A DNA stretch of 64,000 bases from Octopus sinensis (GCF_006345805.1 NC_043004.1:74586001-74650000), one strand, 5' to 3'. Shown: positions 1 to 13,203, numbered from the stretch's first letter. The notes: generated by a model from the letters alone, not told the origin. Made by a program: numbers and translations.

Positions 1-1
1 G

Positions 2-1910
2 GATAAAAACCTCACCATCAAAGAAGCGGACAAAGGGAGTGCTGTGGTCCTTATGGACACGGAATTTTATAAACACCTAGTGTTCTCCATGCTTAACAAT
101 AACATTTTCTATGAGGTTATTAACAACTACAAACAGCAAAAAACAATCAGAAACCTCACCACACTCATACGCCAACACGGTCAGGGACTCACAGAAAAAG
201 AAAGGGATTATATCACCATTTTCAAATGCAAGCCCAGCCTTTTTTATGGCCTTCCTAAAATCCATAAAAACAAATACATCACCGAAGCCTGCAAACTCTC
301 CACTGACATCCACATCAACATCAAAGCACCGGAGGACCTAAAACTAAGGCCCATCGTGGCTGGTACCTCCTGTGAAACACACCGCCTGAGTAACTTCCTA
401 GACATCCTTTTGAAACCTTTCCTTACCCACATCAAAAGTTTCATTAGGGATGATCCGGACATGCTCAAACACCTCCCGAAAACAGTTAACGAGGAGGCAC
501 TCCTGGTATCCTTTGATGTCATCAACCTCTACACCAACATTCCACACGAGTATGGTATAGAGGCAATTGACTTCTGGCTAGAAAAACACCCAGAGACATT
601 CCCTGACCGCATTAACAAGTCTTTTATTACAGAATCTCTTAAGTTCATTCTGACAAACAATTTTTTTCTCTTCGACGACACACACTACCGTCAAAAATGT
701 GGCATTGCGATGGGTACCAAAGGCTGCACCAGTCCTTGCGAACCTCATAATGGGTTACTTCGAACTGTCACTCTATGAAATATCAAGCCAGAAATTTGGA
801 CATGTTTTCCACACCTACCTAATGGAAAACTGGAAAAGGTATTTAGATGATTGTTTCATCATATGGAAAGAACCTTATGAAAAACTCCTGGAATTCAAAA
901 CCATACTAAACAACATACATCCCAACATCCAATTCACTATGGAATTAAGCAAACATCATCTCCCATTCCTTGATCTCCTAATTATAAAAACACCTAAGAA
1001 CCAAATCATAACAGACATCTACCACAAACCTACAGACTCACAACAATACCTCCTCTTTAGTTCATGCCACCCAAAACACACCAAGACAAATATCCCTTTC
1101 AATTTAGCTAAAAGGGTATGCACCATTGTCTCGGATCCAAAAACACGAGAAATACGCCTTCAAGACCTCAAAAAAACACTATTACAACGTCAATATCCCT
1201 CCACCCTTATAGAGTATGGAATAAAACGCGCCAAAGAACTAGACAACACTACACTGAAAACCACCCAACCTAACACCACACACAACCTCAAAATACTTCC
1301 ATACATTTCCACCCACAACCCCAAAAATATCGAAGCATACACCACAATCATACAAAACCTCAGTCTACTGTCAACAGACCCAAAAATGAAAAACATTATA
1401 AATACACACAAAATCCTCAAATGCAAAAGGCAACACAAATCTTTAAAAAAACTCTTGACAAATGCCAAACTTCACACACCACATCCACCCCCAACAGTAA
1501 AAAAATGTGCACGCTCAAACTGTGGTACCTGCCCCTTTCTACTTGAAGGCTCTGAATTTACCTTCAAACAAGGTACGAAGTTTAAAATCAAGACTAACTT
1601 CTCCTGTTCCTCCGAGAACCTTATCTACGTTCTCACATGCGCTGGTTGCCAACATAATTATGTTGGACAAACGAGTCTCCCGTTACGTAAACGAGTAACG
1701 GTGCATAAAGAACAAATAAATCTCCCGGAATACCGACAAATTCCACTGAGTGACCACTTAGACTCATGTGCTAAAGACTTAAACCCCAAATTCTATATAT
1801 TCCCCTTCTACCAATGTAAAGACGGGATCACCACACAGGAGAGAATTAACAAGGAGAATCTCTTTATTGAAAAATTCCAAACACAACTTAATATGCAAAC
1901 TCCTCGTTGA
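2..1910 (+). pseudogene. PLE reverse transcriptase + GIY-YIG endonuclease ORF with one +1 frameshift at about 719-721
   Basis: IKEADKG-AVV, KLRPIVAG, SFDVINLYTNIP (RT motif A), GIAMGT/APVLANL (motif B, split by the frameshift), WKRYLDDCF (motif C), Cys linker CARSNCGTC, LIYVLTC...NYVGQT (GIY-YIG). Colinear with ORFs 53498-55314. Confidence 0.92.
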
Positions 1911-2541
1911 TCAAACTTCCTTTCTCTACCTCACTCTTCATGGATGGACTAACACAAATATATAAAGATACCATGCATTCATCACTTCAAGCTAAAACTT
2001 ATATTCTTTAAATATCATTTTTACTATTGTTGTTATTACTATCATTTTTATTATAAATGATATGACAATTTGAAATGCAATTGTCTATGCAGATTTATAT
2101 TATTAGAAAATAATATAAATAAAGTGTTAAAATCTGAAAGTTAAGTTAACAAGCAATTATATAAAAAAGATAATGCAAATGAAGCTAAAATGATAGTTTT
2201 ATAATTTGGGTTTTATTGAAGAACTCAAAAGAGTTGTCTCCCCTTACCCACAACACAGGAACTGAAGAACCAGGACCACAATTACTACTACTTCCTGTCC
2301 TGCAACATGCTGAATTTAACAACACAACACATCACATGCTCTTAATCCCTTTGGATCTTAACACCTCAAGGTAATTTTTTGGTAAACAACCATAAAACTC
2401 AAGATACACAACGAACTCACAATGTATCGGAGAACTTATTTTTAATTTTTGTACATTTTTATCATTATTCTTTTACAAAAAACAATGCAATTTTCTTTTT
2501 TTCCCCTTTCTAATTTTTAAAATAACTTCTTAAAACATAAA

Positions 2542-2582
2542 TATTCTTGACAAGTCATACAATGACGAAAACCGGTTGAATA
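2542..2582 (+). ncRNA. Minimal type I hammerhead ribozyme, U3-A8 core variant, in the PLE-1 pseudo-LTR
   Basis: Stem I tattc/gaata, core TTGACAA, stem II gtcat-aca-atgac, GAAA, palindromic ACCGGT stem III region, GUU triplet. Confidence 0.72.
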
Positions 2583-2670
2583 AATATATATTTATATATT
2601 TTATCATTTTCTCATTTTATTAAAATTTTCTTTCATTTGAGCATTCTGCATTTTTAAAAAAATTTTTCCT

Positions 2671-2744
<74 letters not shown>

Positions 2745-2788
2745 TTATACATGTATACATGGTAATAGAGAGAAAGAGAGTTGGGTTG

Positions 2789-2820
<32 letters not shown>

Positions 2821-3049
2821 GGGGAAAACAAAAGTCTTTTACGTTTGGAGCCTACGCTCTGCAGCAGAAAGAAAGAAGAGAAAATAAGCAGAGAGAGAAC
2901 GAAGAAAGCTTGTAGAGTTTAGCGTTCCAGCATGGGAACATGTGTGTGTATGTGTGTGTGTGCGTCTGTGTGTGTTTATATAGTTATGGTATATTCTGTT
3001 ACGGACGTAGTACAATATAGTGTAAAGCTCGTCCACCTTCACATTTCAC

Positions 3050-3530
3050 CCTGTGTTATGCGGTAGTAGTATTATATGTACCTCCAGTATTGCTTTTGGG
3101 CATCGGTTGTGTGGGAATAAATAATTGAAAATAATTTAGAGTCAACAACAAGGAGTACTGTTGGACATTTATTTTTCAATCACTACAATTGTTTCTACGC
3201 ATCTTAGTTCTCCAGGCTTGCAGGGACTTGATTATGCAACCGTTTCCCTATCTAGTGGTGTTAGCCCAGGCGATGTGTAAATGTTGTCTCCGTAAGTTCA
3301 AATTCTCGGCTTCAATAGAGAAATCTCTGTCTGTCGTGGCGTGGATTTAGTAGGAGTCATTGAGTTTATCAATGTGTGTTGTTGCTGAAGGACTATTGGC
3401 AAACTGCTTCGAATGTGTAAATGCAGTGGGATAGTGATTCTGTTACTGCTAAAGTGGTTCCGTTTTAAAGGGATTGGCACTTGTTTTCTTTGTGCTGTGC
3501 ATTTGTTCTTCATGGCTGGTTACACTTTCA
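3050..3530 (-). mobile_element. Possible decayed PLE terminal remnant
   Basis: Minus strand reads CTGGAGA...GAAACAATTGTA (degenerate HHR with a palindromic stem III, about 3184-3228), followed by AATAAA. The coding part is not confidently recognisable. Confidence 0.3.
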
Positions 3531-3622
3531 ATTGTCATTAACTGAGCTTTAAGAATCGGCCTATACCTACACATACATGTCGTTCACATATACATGCATA
3601 TATGTACTCACGCTGGAAACAT

Positions 3623-3656
<34 letters not shown>

Positions 3657-3676
3657 GACTGTATGTGTTCATTATG

Positions 3677-3748
<72 letters not shown>

Positions 3749-4589
3749 TGTGCCTATTTTGAATGCATCCGAGCGTAAGTCCGTATATGGTTGTAGTTGG
3801 TATGGAGAACATTTAAATTTTATCAGCCAGACCCGATCAAGGGTCACCAATCTCTTTTCTGCCATAGAATAATTAGTGTAAGATTTTAAATTTCATTGTG
3901 TAATTTTGATTTCACCACTATTATATTTGTGTGTGCATAAGTTAAATTTACACGTTTGTGCGCGTTTACGAGCATATCTGTATATATGTATGTGTGCGTA
4001 TATATGTGTGCGTAATTGTGTCTTTGTATGCGCATATATGTGTTAATGTGTGAGTGTCTATTCACTCACATGCGCGGGTGTATTTATATATGCATATATA
4101 TGTGTATATGCACATATGCCTGTGTGTTAAATGTGTATGTGAGTATATGCTTGTCTGTGTGTTATATATTAATTTTATGCGTATATATCTATAGCGTGTC
4201 TTTCCTCGTGCCTTTTACTAAATGTTAGTTTTTTTCTTTCCTCTTAGTCTTTCTAATTTCTAATTATTCTCTTTCTTCTTATATCAAATTCACTTTTGTC
4301 TCTTTTTCTCCTCTATCTATCATCCTTTCACTCCCACCACTGCCTCCACTGCACCGAATGCGCTTTGCCGTACATCACAACAGGTTTTATACACGCGTAC
4401 CGTTAAACCGACTCTGCACTTCTCCCTCATCCTTTTATAATTAACTCTCCGTTATTATTTTCTCTTTCTCTCTTAATTTCTCCACTCTTCTTTCTTTATT
4501 ATACTTTGTCTACTTTTCTCTTCATTTCTTTACACATCTTTTCCTTTTATTATTACTGTGTTTTTATTTACTCTTTTACTTATTTCAGT

Positions 4590-4763
4590 CATTTGACTGT
4601 GGCCATGCTGGAGCACCGCCTTTGGTCTAGTGAATCAACCCCAGGACTTATTCGTTGTAAGCCTAGTACTTATTCTATCGGTCTCTTTTGCCGAACCGCT
4701 AAGTTACGGGGACGTAAACACACCACCATCGATTGTCAAGCGATGTTAGGGGGCCAAACACAG

Positions 4764-4819
<56 letters not shown>

Positions 4820-4970
4820 ACGACGGGCTTCTTTCAATTTCCATCTACCAAATCCACTCACAAAGCTCTGGTCGGACCGAAGCTATAGTAGAAGACAGTT
4901 GCCAATGTGGCACGCAGTGGGACTGAACCCGGAACCATGTAGTTCGTGAGCAAGATACTTACCACACACC
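4590..4970 (-). mobile_element. tRNA-derived SINE (family A) with internal (TA)/(TG) microsatellite
   Basis: Minus-strand head gtggtaag...ggttcagtccc (A/B-box-like). Body shared with copies at 42230-42490 and 59840-60150. Confidence 0.85.
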
Positions 4971-5589
4971 CACCACAACTATAGCATTTAATCTTAATTT
5001 TAATTTCAATAAACTTCTTTTCTTTTTTTTACTTCTATCATATAAATTTTAATCATTGGCGATTACTTCTTTTTATTTTAATTTATTTTTGACATATTCT
5101 ATTACATCCAGTAAAGTATTTAACTTTATTTTACACAAAATATTTTGATTCAGCTAATGTTTATATTCATCAGCCCACTACGGTAAAAACCCTTCTGGCA
5201 GCGCTGTTTTAAAATTAGTTACCCATATAGATTTAAATGCTTAATCGATGAACTGGTATCCACGAAAAATTTTATATATACTTGCAATTTCTAAAATTTT
5301 ATTATTCTATATTATCACTAATTTCTGATAAATGGGTCATATGCAGCTTAATAACAGCCTTTCGGCCCTCATGAGATAGTAATTTACAATGCATCCAGTG
5401 TATCAGTACTAATTTCCCACCTTTTTGCATCTTTGCGTTTAGTTGTATATACACACACACACACATACACACGCGCACACACACAAAAGCACAAACACAA
5501 ACATACATCCACACAAACACACACGCATATACACACATATTTACATATATACATATGTATAGACATATACACAAACGACTGCGCGCGCA

Positions 5590-6480
5590 TATGATCTGCT
5601 TTCCAGAAGTCTTGAATCCTTTTTTGAGGTGAATCAGTTATAACTGTCCATCCTAGAGAATTGTGATTTTAGTATATGGTAACTATCTATCTGATAGGCT
5701 GAGGTGCCAACTTTCGGTATTTCAGCTTGAAAGAGATGACAGCTCTGTGAACTCACCATACTAAACACTGCTTGTCCCAACAGATTACCTTGGTGAATGC
5801 AGCAGAGACGAGGACAAAATTTGGAAGATGGTTATGCAATGACGTTTTGTATTAAACTAGGTAAAAATCGCTACAGAAACATTTGAAAAGTTGGAGGATA
5901 CATATGGATTTAGTTGGATGAACTTAACACCTATTTTTCGTTAGCACAGGAGACCAGGAAAACCCAATTGCTTTGGAAGTTCATCATGATCATATTTCTC
6001 AACAGCAAGTGTATCATCTGTAGCTACAGGGTTCCCTCTGGTCAGGAAATCAAAAATAAGTAATCTGTGAAGGGTTTCAGGGAGTTCAGGATAAAGTTTC
6101 TTCTGAAAAGGCCGGAGCATCGGTCCCAGAACAATACAGCACTTCATAATTCCATACTGGTAACCAACCATCTGATAGAATTTGGGATCCAAACTATCCT
6201 TCACCCTTCCTAAAGTTCCCAAGCTGAATGAAAACCTCAGAAGCAATCATCATTTTGAAGACATTAAGAAGATGAAAGAAGTTGTGACAAGGATCCTGGA
6301 TAGCATCATAGTGGAAGACTTGCATAGGGCCTTCACCCATTGTTTGGAGTACTACAACCACTGCATTGACGCCAGAGTATAATATTTTGGAAGACATTAG
6401 AGTTTGGGATTTCTTTGAAATTAATCAATGACTCTCCTGAAAAAGTCTCCAAACTTCTGAAACCACCTTTCATGCGTACA
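5590..6480 (+). mobile_element. Decayed, internally deleted Tc1/mariner transposon
   Basis: Broken frames give YAMTFCIKLGKN/ATETFEKLEDTYG, VPSGQE...REFR, QNNTALHNSILVTNHL..GIQTILHP and PKLNENLRSNHHFEDIKKMKEVVTRILD...AFTHCLEYYNHCI, matching mariner N-terminal, catalytic and C-terminal regions. Degenerate TIR-like ends. Confidence 0.82.
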
Positions 6481-6727
6481 TACATGCATACATTTGTACA
6501 CAAACTCACACACACAAACACACACACACAAACACACACACACATATAGCAAGAGACAGAAATAGAGTGAGAGTGACATATATAGATATATGTCGGCATA
6601 TATATATATACGTAATATGAAGATTTGTGTATGTGTGTGTTTGTTTAATATATTTGTAAGTATGTATGTGATATGTTTATATATATATATTTATGTATAT
6701 TTATATATATATATACATATATATATG

Positions 6728-6780
<53 letters not shown>

Positions 6781-6783
<3 letters not shown>

Positions 6784-7170
6784 ATGAAAGAATGGAGTCG
6801 AACGACGATTTTAACAAAATTCCTTTACTCTCGACACATGTTTCGAAGGCTGCATATTCCTAATTTGGAAAGAATAAAGGGTGCATTATGCCACCATCTC
6901 ATCAGGAAAGACAAGGAACTTATGTCAGCACCATAAAGAGCAAAAACTTTTAGATGACTGCCCACATGATGTCCAGAGTAAAGGAATTTTGTTAAAATCG
7001 TCGTTCGACTCCATACTTTCATTTATTCATAGTTAAAAAAACACACACAAATTTACACACGAGAACACGGGATCCCTGCCCTTGGCATATAGCTTCAACT
7101 GTGTTTTCTGACGTGAATTTGCTACCCAGGTATCGGTTAACCGAATTATCCATACTAGGATAATTCATTC
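6781..7170. mobile_element. Foldback element (arms about 6781-6831 and 6975-7025) with an HHR and a unique tail; same family as 11160-11500
   Basis: Arms are near-perfect reverse complements (1 mismatch seen in about 51 bp). The tail motif gctacccaggtatcggttaa is shared with about 11445. Bounded on both sides by (TA)n. Confidence 0.8.
6828..6910 (-). ncRNA. Type I hammerhead ribozyme with long stem II
   Basis: Minus strand: ctttc CTGATGA gatggtggcata...tatgcagccttc GAAA c-atgt-GTC gagag. Stem I has 5 pairs (one GU); 10 of the 12 basal stem II positions pair; GUC triplet. Confidence 0.8.
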
Positions 7171-7204
7171 ACCTTCTTACATATATATATTATATATATA
7201 TATA

Positions 7205-7269
<65 letters not shown>

Positions 7270-7417
7270 GTATGTGACATGCATACATCTATATGTTGAT
7301 ATGTATGTAAATAATGTATACGCATGTGTATGCGTGTAGGTGTGTGGGTGTAAATGTAAGCATGCTTATATATGTGGTTACATGTTCATATGCAAGTATA
7401 TGACTAGATTTTCGTAG

Positions 7418-7845
7418 GTTTAAAATCCATTGATTTTTATTTTGTGTCCCTTATGCTGAATAACTTAAGTATTTCACAAACAGAGAACGATAAAATGGGT
7501 GTCTCGCTGAAACCGACGAGATCGACTAACACTTGTAGGCACCATCCTATCATGGCTACAGTCCAGCGACGGAAACCCCTAAAACACATATTTTCAAAGA
7601 GATTTAATCTGAAATAATTCTTCTCTCGACTAAAAAAATATTTTATCGTTTCAGACTTTTAACAGACATTAAAAATAAAGTTAGATTCACTTTTATTTTA
7701 TCTTATGATAATCATATATTTTATTAAATATCAGGATATTTTGTTGCACATTTTCTATATGATCTTTCGCACTATTTCACCAGACCCGAGACGAAATATT
7801 TTGGTAAACGGTAATATATATATATATTTTATATATATATATTAT

Positions 7846-7894
<49 letters not shown>

Positions 7895-8560
7895 TATTAT
7901 AATAATAATTTGTTGAAATAAATAAGTCATGTAAATCGACTTTACTATACTACAAGCACTTGTTAACTCTACACATTCCTTTTCATTCAATAGCTACTAG
8001 GCTATGCTTGAAATCATCCCATTCACCGTCCCACCCACGACCTTTCCTTTTCAAAAACTAATACTTCAAATAATTAAGCAAAGCACTGATTCCTACCATA
8101 TTCCATTGCTTCGATTTTTGTTTTAAACTTTATTCCTCTCGTGTGTGTGATATGATATTGTTTACTATATTTTTCTCGTTGTCCATTAGAAGACGAGCTA
8201 CACATTTCTATGTCCTTGACAATTATGTATATTTGATATGTATTTGACGTCTGAGACAAAAAACAATTTATAACATAGAAGTTTTGTTATTTAAGTGCAT
8301 TTGCATATTTTTTTCTTTTGAATATTATAATTTATACAGGAATTTTAAATAAAGTTCTAATTCACACGCACCGTATTTTTGCTCTCATTTTTTAAACGCT
8401 ATTTTTTACTCTTTTGTTACATTCTAAAAGACTAAATTTATCGTCTGCCTTTTTTTACATGCTGGCTGTAAGCAAACCAGTGGACTTTCTTCATTGTCTA
8501 CTGCTCCATGTAGTAGATCCTTCAATGTACCTACGTGTGCACACATCCGCATTAATTAGT
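7418..8560 (+). repeat. Copy A of a diverged 1.2-1.5 kb duplicated segment (copy B at 44261-45700); possible terminal exon + 3' UTR
   Basis: Many colinear shared blocks (ttttcgYag-gtttaaaatccattgat; agatcgactaacac; gtcatgtaaatcga; aataaagttctaattcacacgcaccg; catgctggctgtaagcaaaccagtg). Homology starts at an acceptor-like AG. Confidence 0.82.
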
Positions 8561-9353
8561 TGAAACTTGGTTGTCCATAAATTAAATTAAATCTTCTTTC
8601 ATATTCGTAAACTTAAATGAATGATTTATTTCCCCAATACATTTTATTGAATTCGTCTCAGAAATTTTATTTTCAACTAGCTGAGTTTGTTGAGACACAT
8701 TTGAATATTTTGGATATTTTCTAGCCATTTCTGTTGCAATAAGATGTAATAATTTTAATAAATAATAACATATCTGACAAAAGGTTTTGGAGTTGCATGT
8801 CTGTTATAAAACTCACAATGTTGGAAGCAGCGTTAACTTAGTAGACTTCCATATATATTCATAATAATCTATTATTCAACTATTCAAAACAACCTTTTAA
8901 ACTCGAGAGCAGCTTATAAGGACGTTTTATATGGTATGTATAAAAGCTACTAAAGTGGCTAAGGGTGCAAATCAGCACCAGAATTGCTAGAAATAAGAGT
9001 CAAAATAACTCTTAGCCACGAGAAAGTACTTATCTACTGACTGTCAAGGAAAACCAACCTTCCTTTAAGTAAGCGGGGTGTGTGAAATCTTCAAGTTTTC
9101 GGATAGAGTTAATTGTCATCAGCAACATGTCCTATTATTGCCTGGGGTTGAATGGAACTGGCCTCGTCATTTTATAGAAAATACTGCTAGAATCATTTGC
9201 TGATTCGTTGAACAGGTAAAGTGAGAATTATAAACTATTAATGTAGCTATCTGCAATTTAAAAGCTAAAAGGCACGAGTGCAAATGTCACAAAAGTGACT
9301 ATACTCACACACACAGACACATATATATATATGTGTATATATATATATGTGTG

Positions 9354-9396
<43 letters not shown>

Positions 9397-9497
9397 AGAT
9401 AGATAGATAGATAGGTATAGATATAGATATTTATATACATATATATACATATATATATATACGTATATATATATATGTAATATATATATAATATATA

Positions 9498-9572
<75 letters not shown>

Positions 9573-10443
9573 TATACATATATAATATATATATATATAT
9601 ATTATATATATATATATCATATATATATATACATATGTGTGTGATTTTGTGTTTGTAAGTATGTAACTATGGATATAGGTGTATGTATATGCATGTATTT
9701 TCATGAAAGATCGTTGACAAAGAATGATGACAAATCTGACGCGTCCTTGACCAACTCCCATATAGAGGGAATATAAAGAATAGGAAAAGATGCTCGTGAA
9801 TATACGAGAAGTAACATGTTCAAGCAAGTAATGTCCACGTAATATTGTAAAGGTGAGACATAGACTGCTCAATTAATAATATTAAGCTAACGAAAAAAAA
9901 TTAATAATTACAATCAATTGCTGATTGATTTGTTACAGGTATATTTTGTATCTTCTTCTAAGCTGTTGTAGCATAAATATTTTACACGCTTAAGCAGCCA
10001 TATCATCCCTTTGGATTATTACCTAGATAGCTTTTAAATAGGGAATAATACCAACAGTTTATTGACACTCTCAATGTCGATGAGGATTATTTCATTAAAT
10101 TTCAAAATATGAACTTGACGTTTAAAATAATGTTTTAGCGTCTGTGATGCATAAGAGGCTGCATATATATGTGTGTTGTGTGTGTGTGTGTTTGTGTATG
10201 CGTGTGTGTGTGTTATGTATGTATGTATGTATGTATGTATGTATGTATGTATATGTAAATAAGAAATTTGCCTTATAACTTAAGAGTGAACCACTTTTTA
10301 CCCTCGGCCATATATGACACCCAATTGCGAGATTGCCATGCAATAACCAGCACTTCGGTATGAATAACTGGGTACACTACCAGCAGCATGTGGATAGGCA
10401 ATATTCCTTATTTAATTGATTTCCCAACCTTTAACTCTCACAG

Positions 10444-10496
<53 letters not shown>

Positions 10497-10581
10497 GGTC
10501 CCGGGTTGAGTCGGGGTTAACCACAGTAAATAGGTACTCAATACATAGCAGAGTAAATTAATTTATTTATAGTATAGAAGG

Positions 10582-10633
10582 AGCTTCTACAGGGACTAGA
10601 ACTGTTTCATTCAAAAGAAATCATCAGGAAGCT
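10582..10633 (-). ncRNA. Type I hammerhead ribozyme with canonical core
   Basis: Minus strand: agcttc CTGATGA tttc-tttt-gaat GAAA cag-ttctagtcc-ctg TA gaagct. Stem I 6 bp perfect, stem III 4 bp, GUA triplet; stem II has a basal U-U mismatch. Confidence 0.8.
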
Positions 10634-10866
10634 AGGTGACAAGAATAGTTTTGGCATTTATACATTTAGGCAGGATTAGAGGGGTGGTGGTGGGGACTTT
10701 TTGGGGTAGGCATGGCGCAAATTATCATTCTTAGGGGAGTGGTCAAAGGAATCAGTGATAAAGTAGATAAAAGAATAATAGAATAATAGAGTTTTAGGTA
10801 AATAAGGAGACTCTCACTTATACACATATATACACATATATATACACATACAACACACACACACAC

Positions 10867-10910
<44 letters not shown>

Positions 10911-11159
10911 TACATATACATATATATATATACATATATATACATATAATATACATATATACATACACATACACACATACATCCATATACACATGTCATA
11001 TGCCCATTACATACATCTACGTACACACCCATACCCATACTCATACATACACTCATATCTCTACACACATATATATAAAATAAATATAAATAAAATACAA
11101 ATACAAATATAAAGGAGGATATACACCCCCCTACACACACGTCATATATCTATATATAT

Positions 11160-11361
11160 ATATAATTAGTGAATGGAAGAAATGGAGTTGAACGAAGATT
11201 GTACAGAATTCCTTTTATTACATTCTACACATGTTTCAAAGGCCACAATTTTCCAAATTCTGATTAGGAAAATTGTGGCCTTTGAAACATGTGTAGAATG
11301 TAATAAAAGGAATTCTGTACAATCTTCGTTCAACTCCATTTCTTCCATTCACTAATTATAT
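11160..11361. repeat. Perfect palindrome: 95-bp arms (11160-11254 and 11267-11361) with a 12-nt loop
   Basis: Base-by-base reverse-complement identity; the ORF track gives nearly identical peptides on both strands. Each arm carries GAAACATGTGTA, the HHR 3' half of the 6781 family. Confidence 0.97.
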
Positions 11362-11509
11362 TAAACTTCAATTATCCGCACCAACGCACGGTTGCAAACA
11401 CCATATGGTCATATCTCCAACCGTGTTTTTTCTGCTGTGATTTTTGCTACCCAGGTATCGGTTAAACTTTTGAATAATCCGTAACAAGATAATTCATCTT
11501 ATATATATA

Positions 11510-11598
<89 letters not shown>

Positions 11599-11622
11599 TA
11601 TATACACACATACATACCCACA

Positions 11623-11758
<136 letters not shown>

Positions 11759-12049
11759 CACACATACATACACATACATATGCATATACATGCACACAAT
11801 ACACACACGTTCTTACCTAATTTTAATTTTATCTTTATCTCTATCTTTATTTTTATTTTGACCCCGACCCACCAGGCCAGCTCTCCCAAGGGAGCTAGCT
11901 TAGCCGGCCTAAAGACACCATTTATTGCCCCTCTCCCTTCCTTTCTATCTTTCTTCACACTGATACGAACACAAACACTCACACACGCACACACACACAC
12001 ACACGCACACTCATACACATACACAAACGCACGTGTTATATTCATACAT

Positions 12050-13172
12050 ACATAAGTGTACCGACTTTCACATAAACGTACACATAACTATGTACACACA
12101 AAACCACATACGCACGCACATACCTACATATACATACACATATATACTTACACCAGTCATATACATACCTACATACACATACATCCATATATCTATACAT
12201 ATACATACACATATATATACACATGCACATACCAATACACATACGCATATCTACGCACATACACGCACACACATCTATCTACATATATAAAAAAGAAACC
12301 CAACAAGTCCATACATATACACACATACACATACATACATATACACGTATATATACTCACACATATATACACATATATACACATACACCTATATACACAC
12401 ATGTATATATATATATGTATATATACATATACACATACATATACATACACACACATCTACATACACATACATATACATCCGTACGCACACCCTATTACAT
12501 ACATACATCCACACAGAGGTATACAGGCATCTACACACATACATATACACATACATATATATATATATATATATACACACGAACGCACACAAATATACAT
12601 ATATACATATATACACCAACACACATACGCATACATAAATGTATACATATGTATATACATATGCATACACATACACACACACACGCGCATCTATATATAC
12701 ATAAACACATACATGCATACAAACATATACATATATACATACATGCATACTCAAATAATAAATATAAGTATATATATACGCGCAATTACCTATCATACAG
12801 ACGGATACATACATATAAACATATAAACATACACATATATACCTATTTACACATATGTATATATACATACATACATACACATACACATATATATATACAC
12901 ACATATATACATACATATACATGTATGTAAATACACGCACACATACATATATACACATATATATACACATACACATATATATATATATACATATATACAC
13001 ACATGTATATATATACATATATATATACATACATATACACATACATATACATCCGTACGCACACCCTTATACATACATACATCCACACCGAGGTATACAG
13101 GCATATACACACATACACATACACACACATATACACATATATATATATATACATATATATACATATATATAC

Positions 13173-13203
<31 letters not shown>

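Larger units (their letters stand above)
1..2660 (+). mobile_element. Penelope-like retroelement (PLE-1, Neptune-like), 5' end cut by the window edge
   Basis: RT and GIY-YIG ORF pieces (2-1910), then an AT-rich 3' tail with an HHR motif (2542-2582), AATAAA at 2579 and a terminal (TA)n array from about 2666. Confidence 0.95.

Noticed and set aside
1-1910. Possible selenoprotein-encoding (Naiad-type) PLE
   Set aside because: The endonuclease is C-terminal and the conserved Cys positions use TGT/TGC; no in-frame TGA is seen in PLE-1 or in the PLE-2 RT/EN frames.
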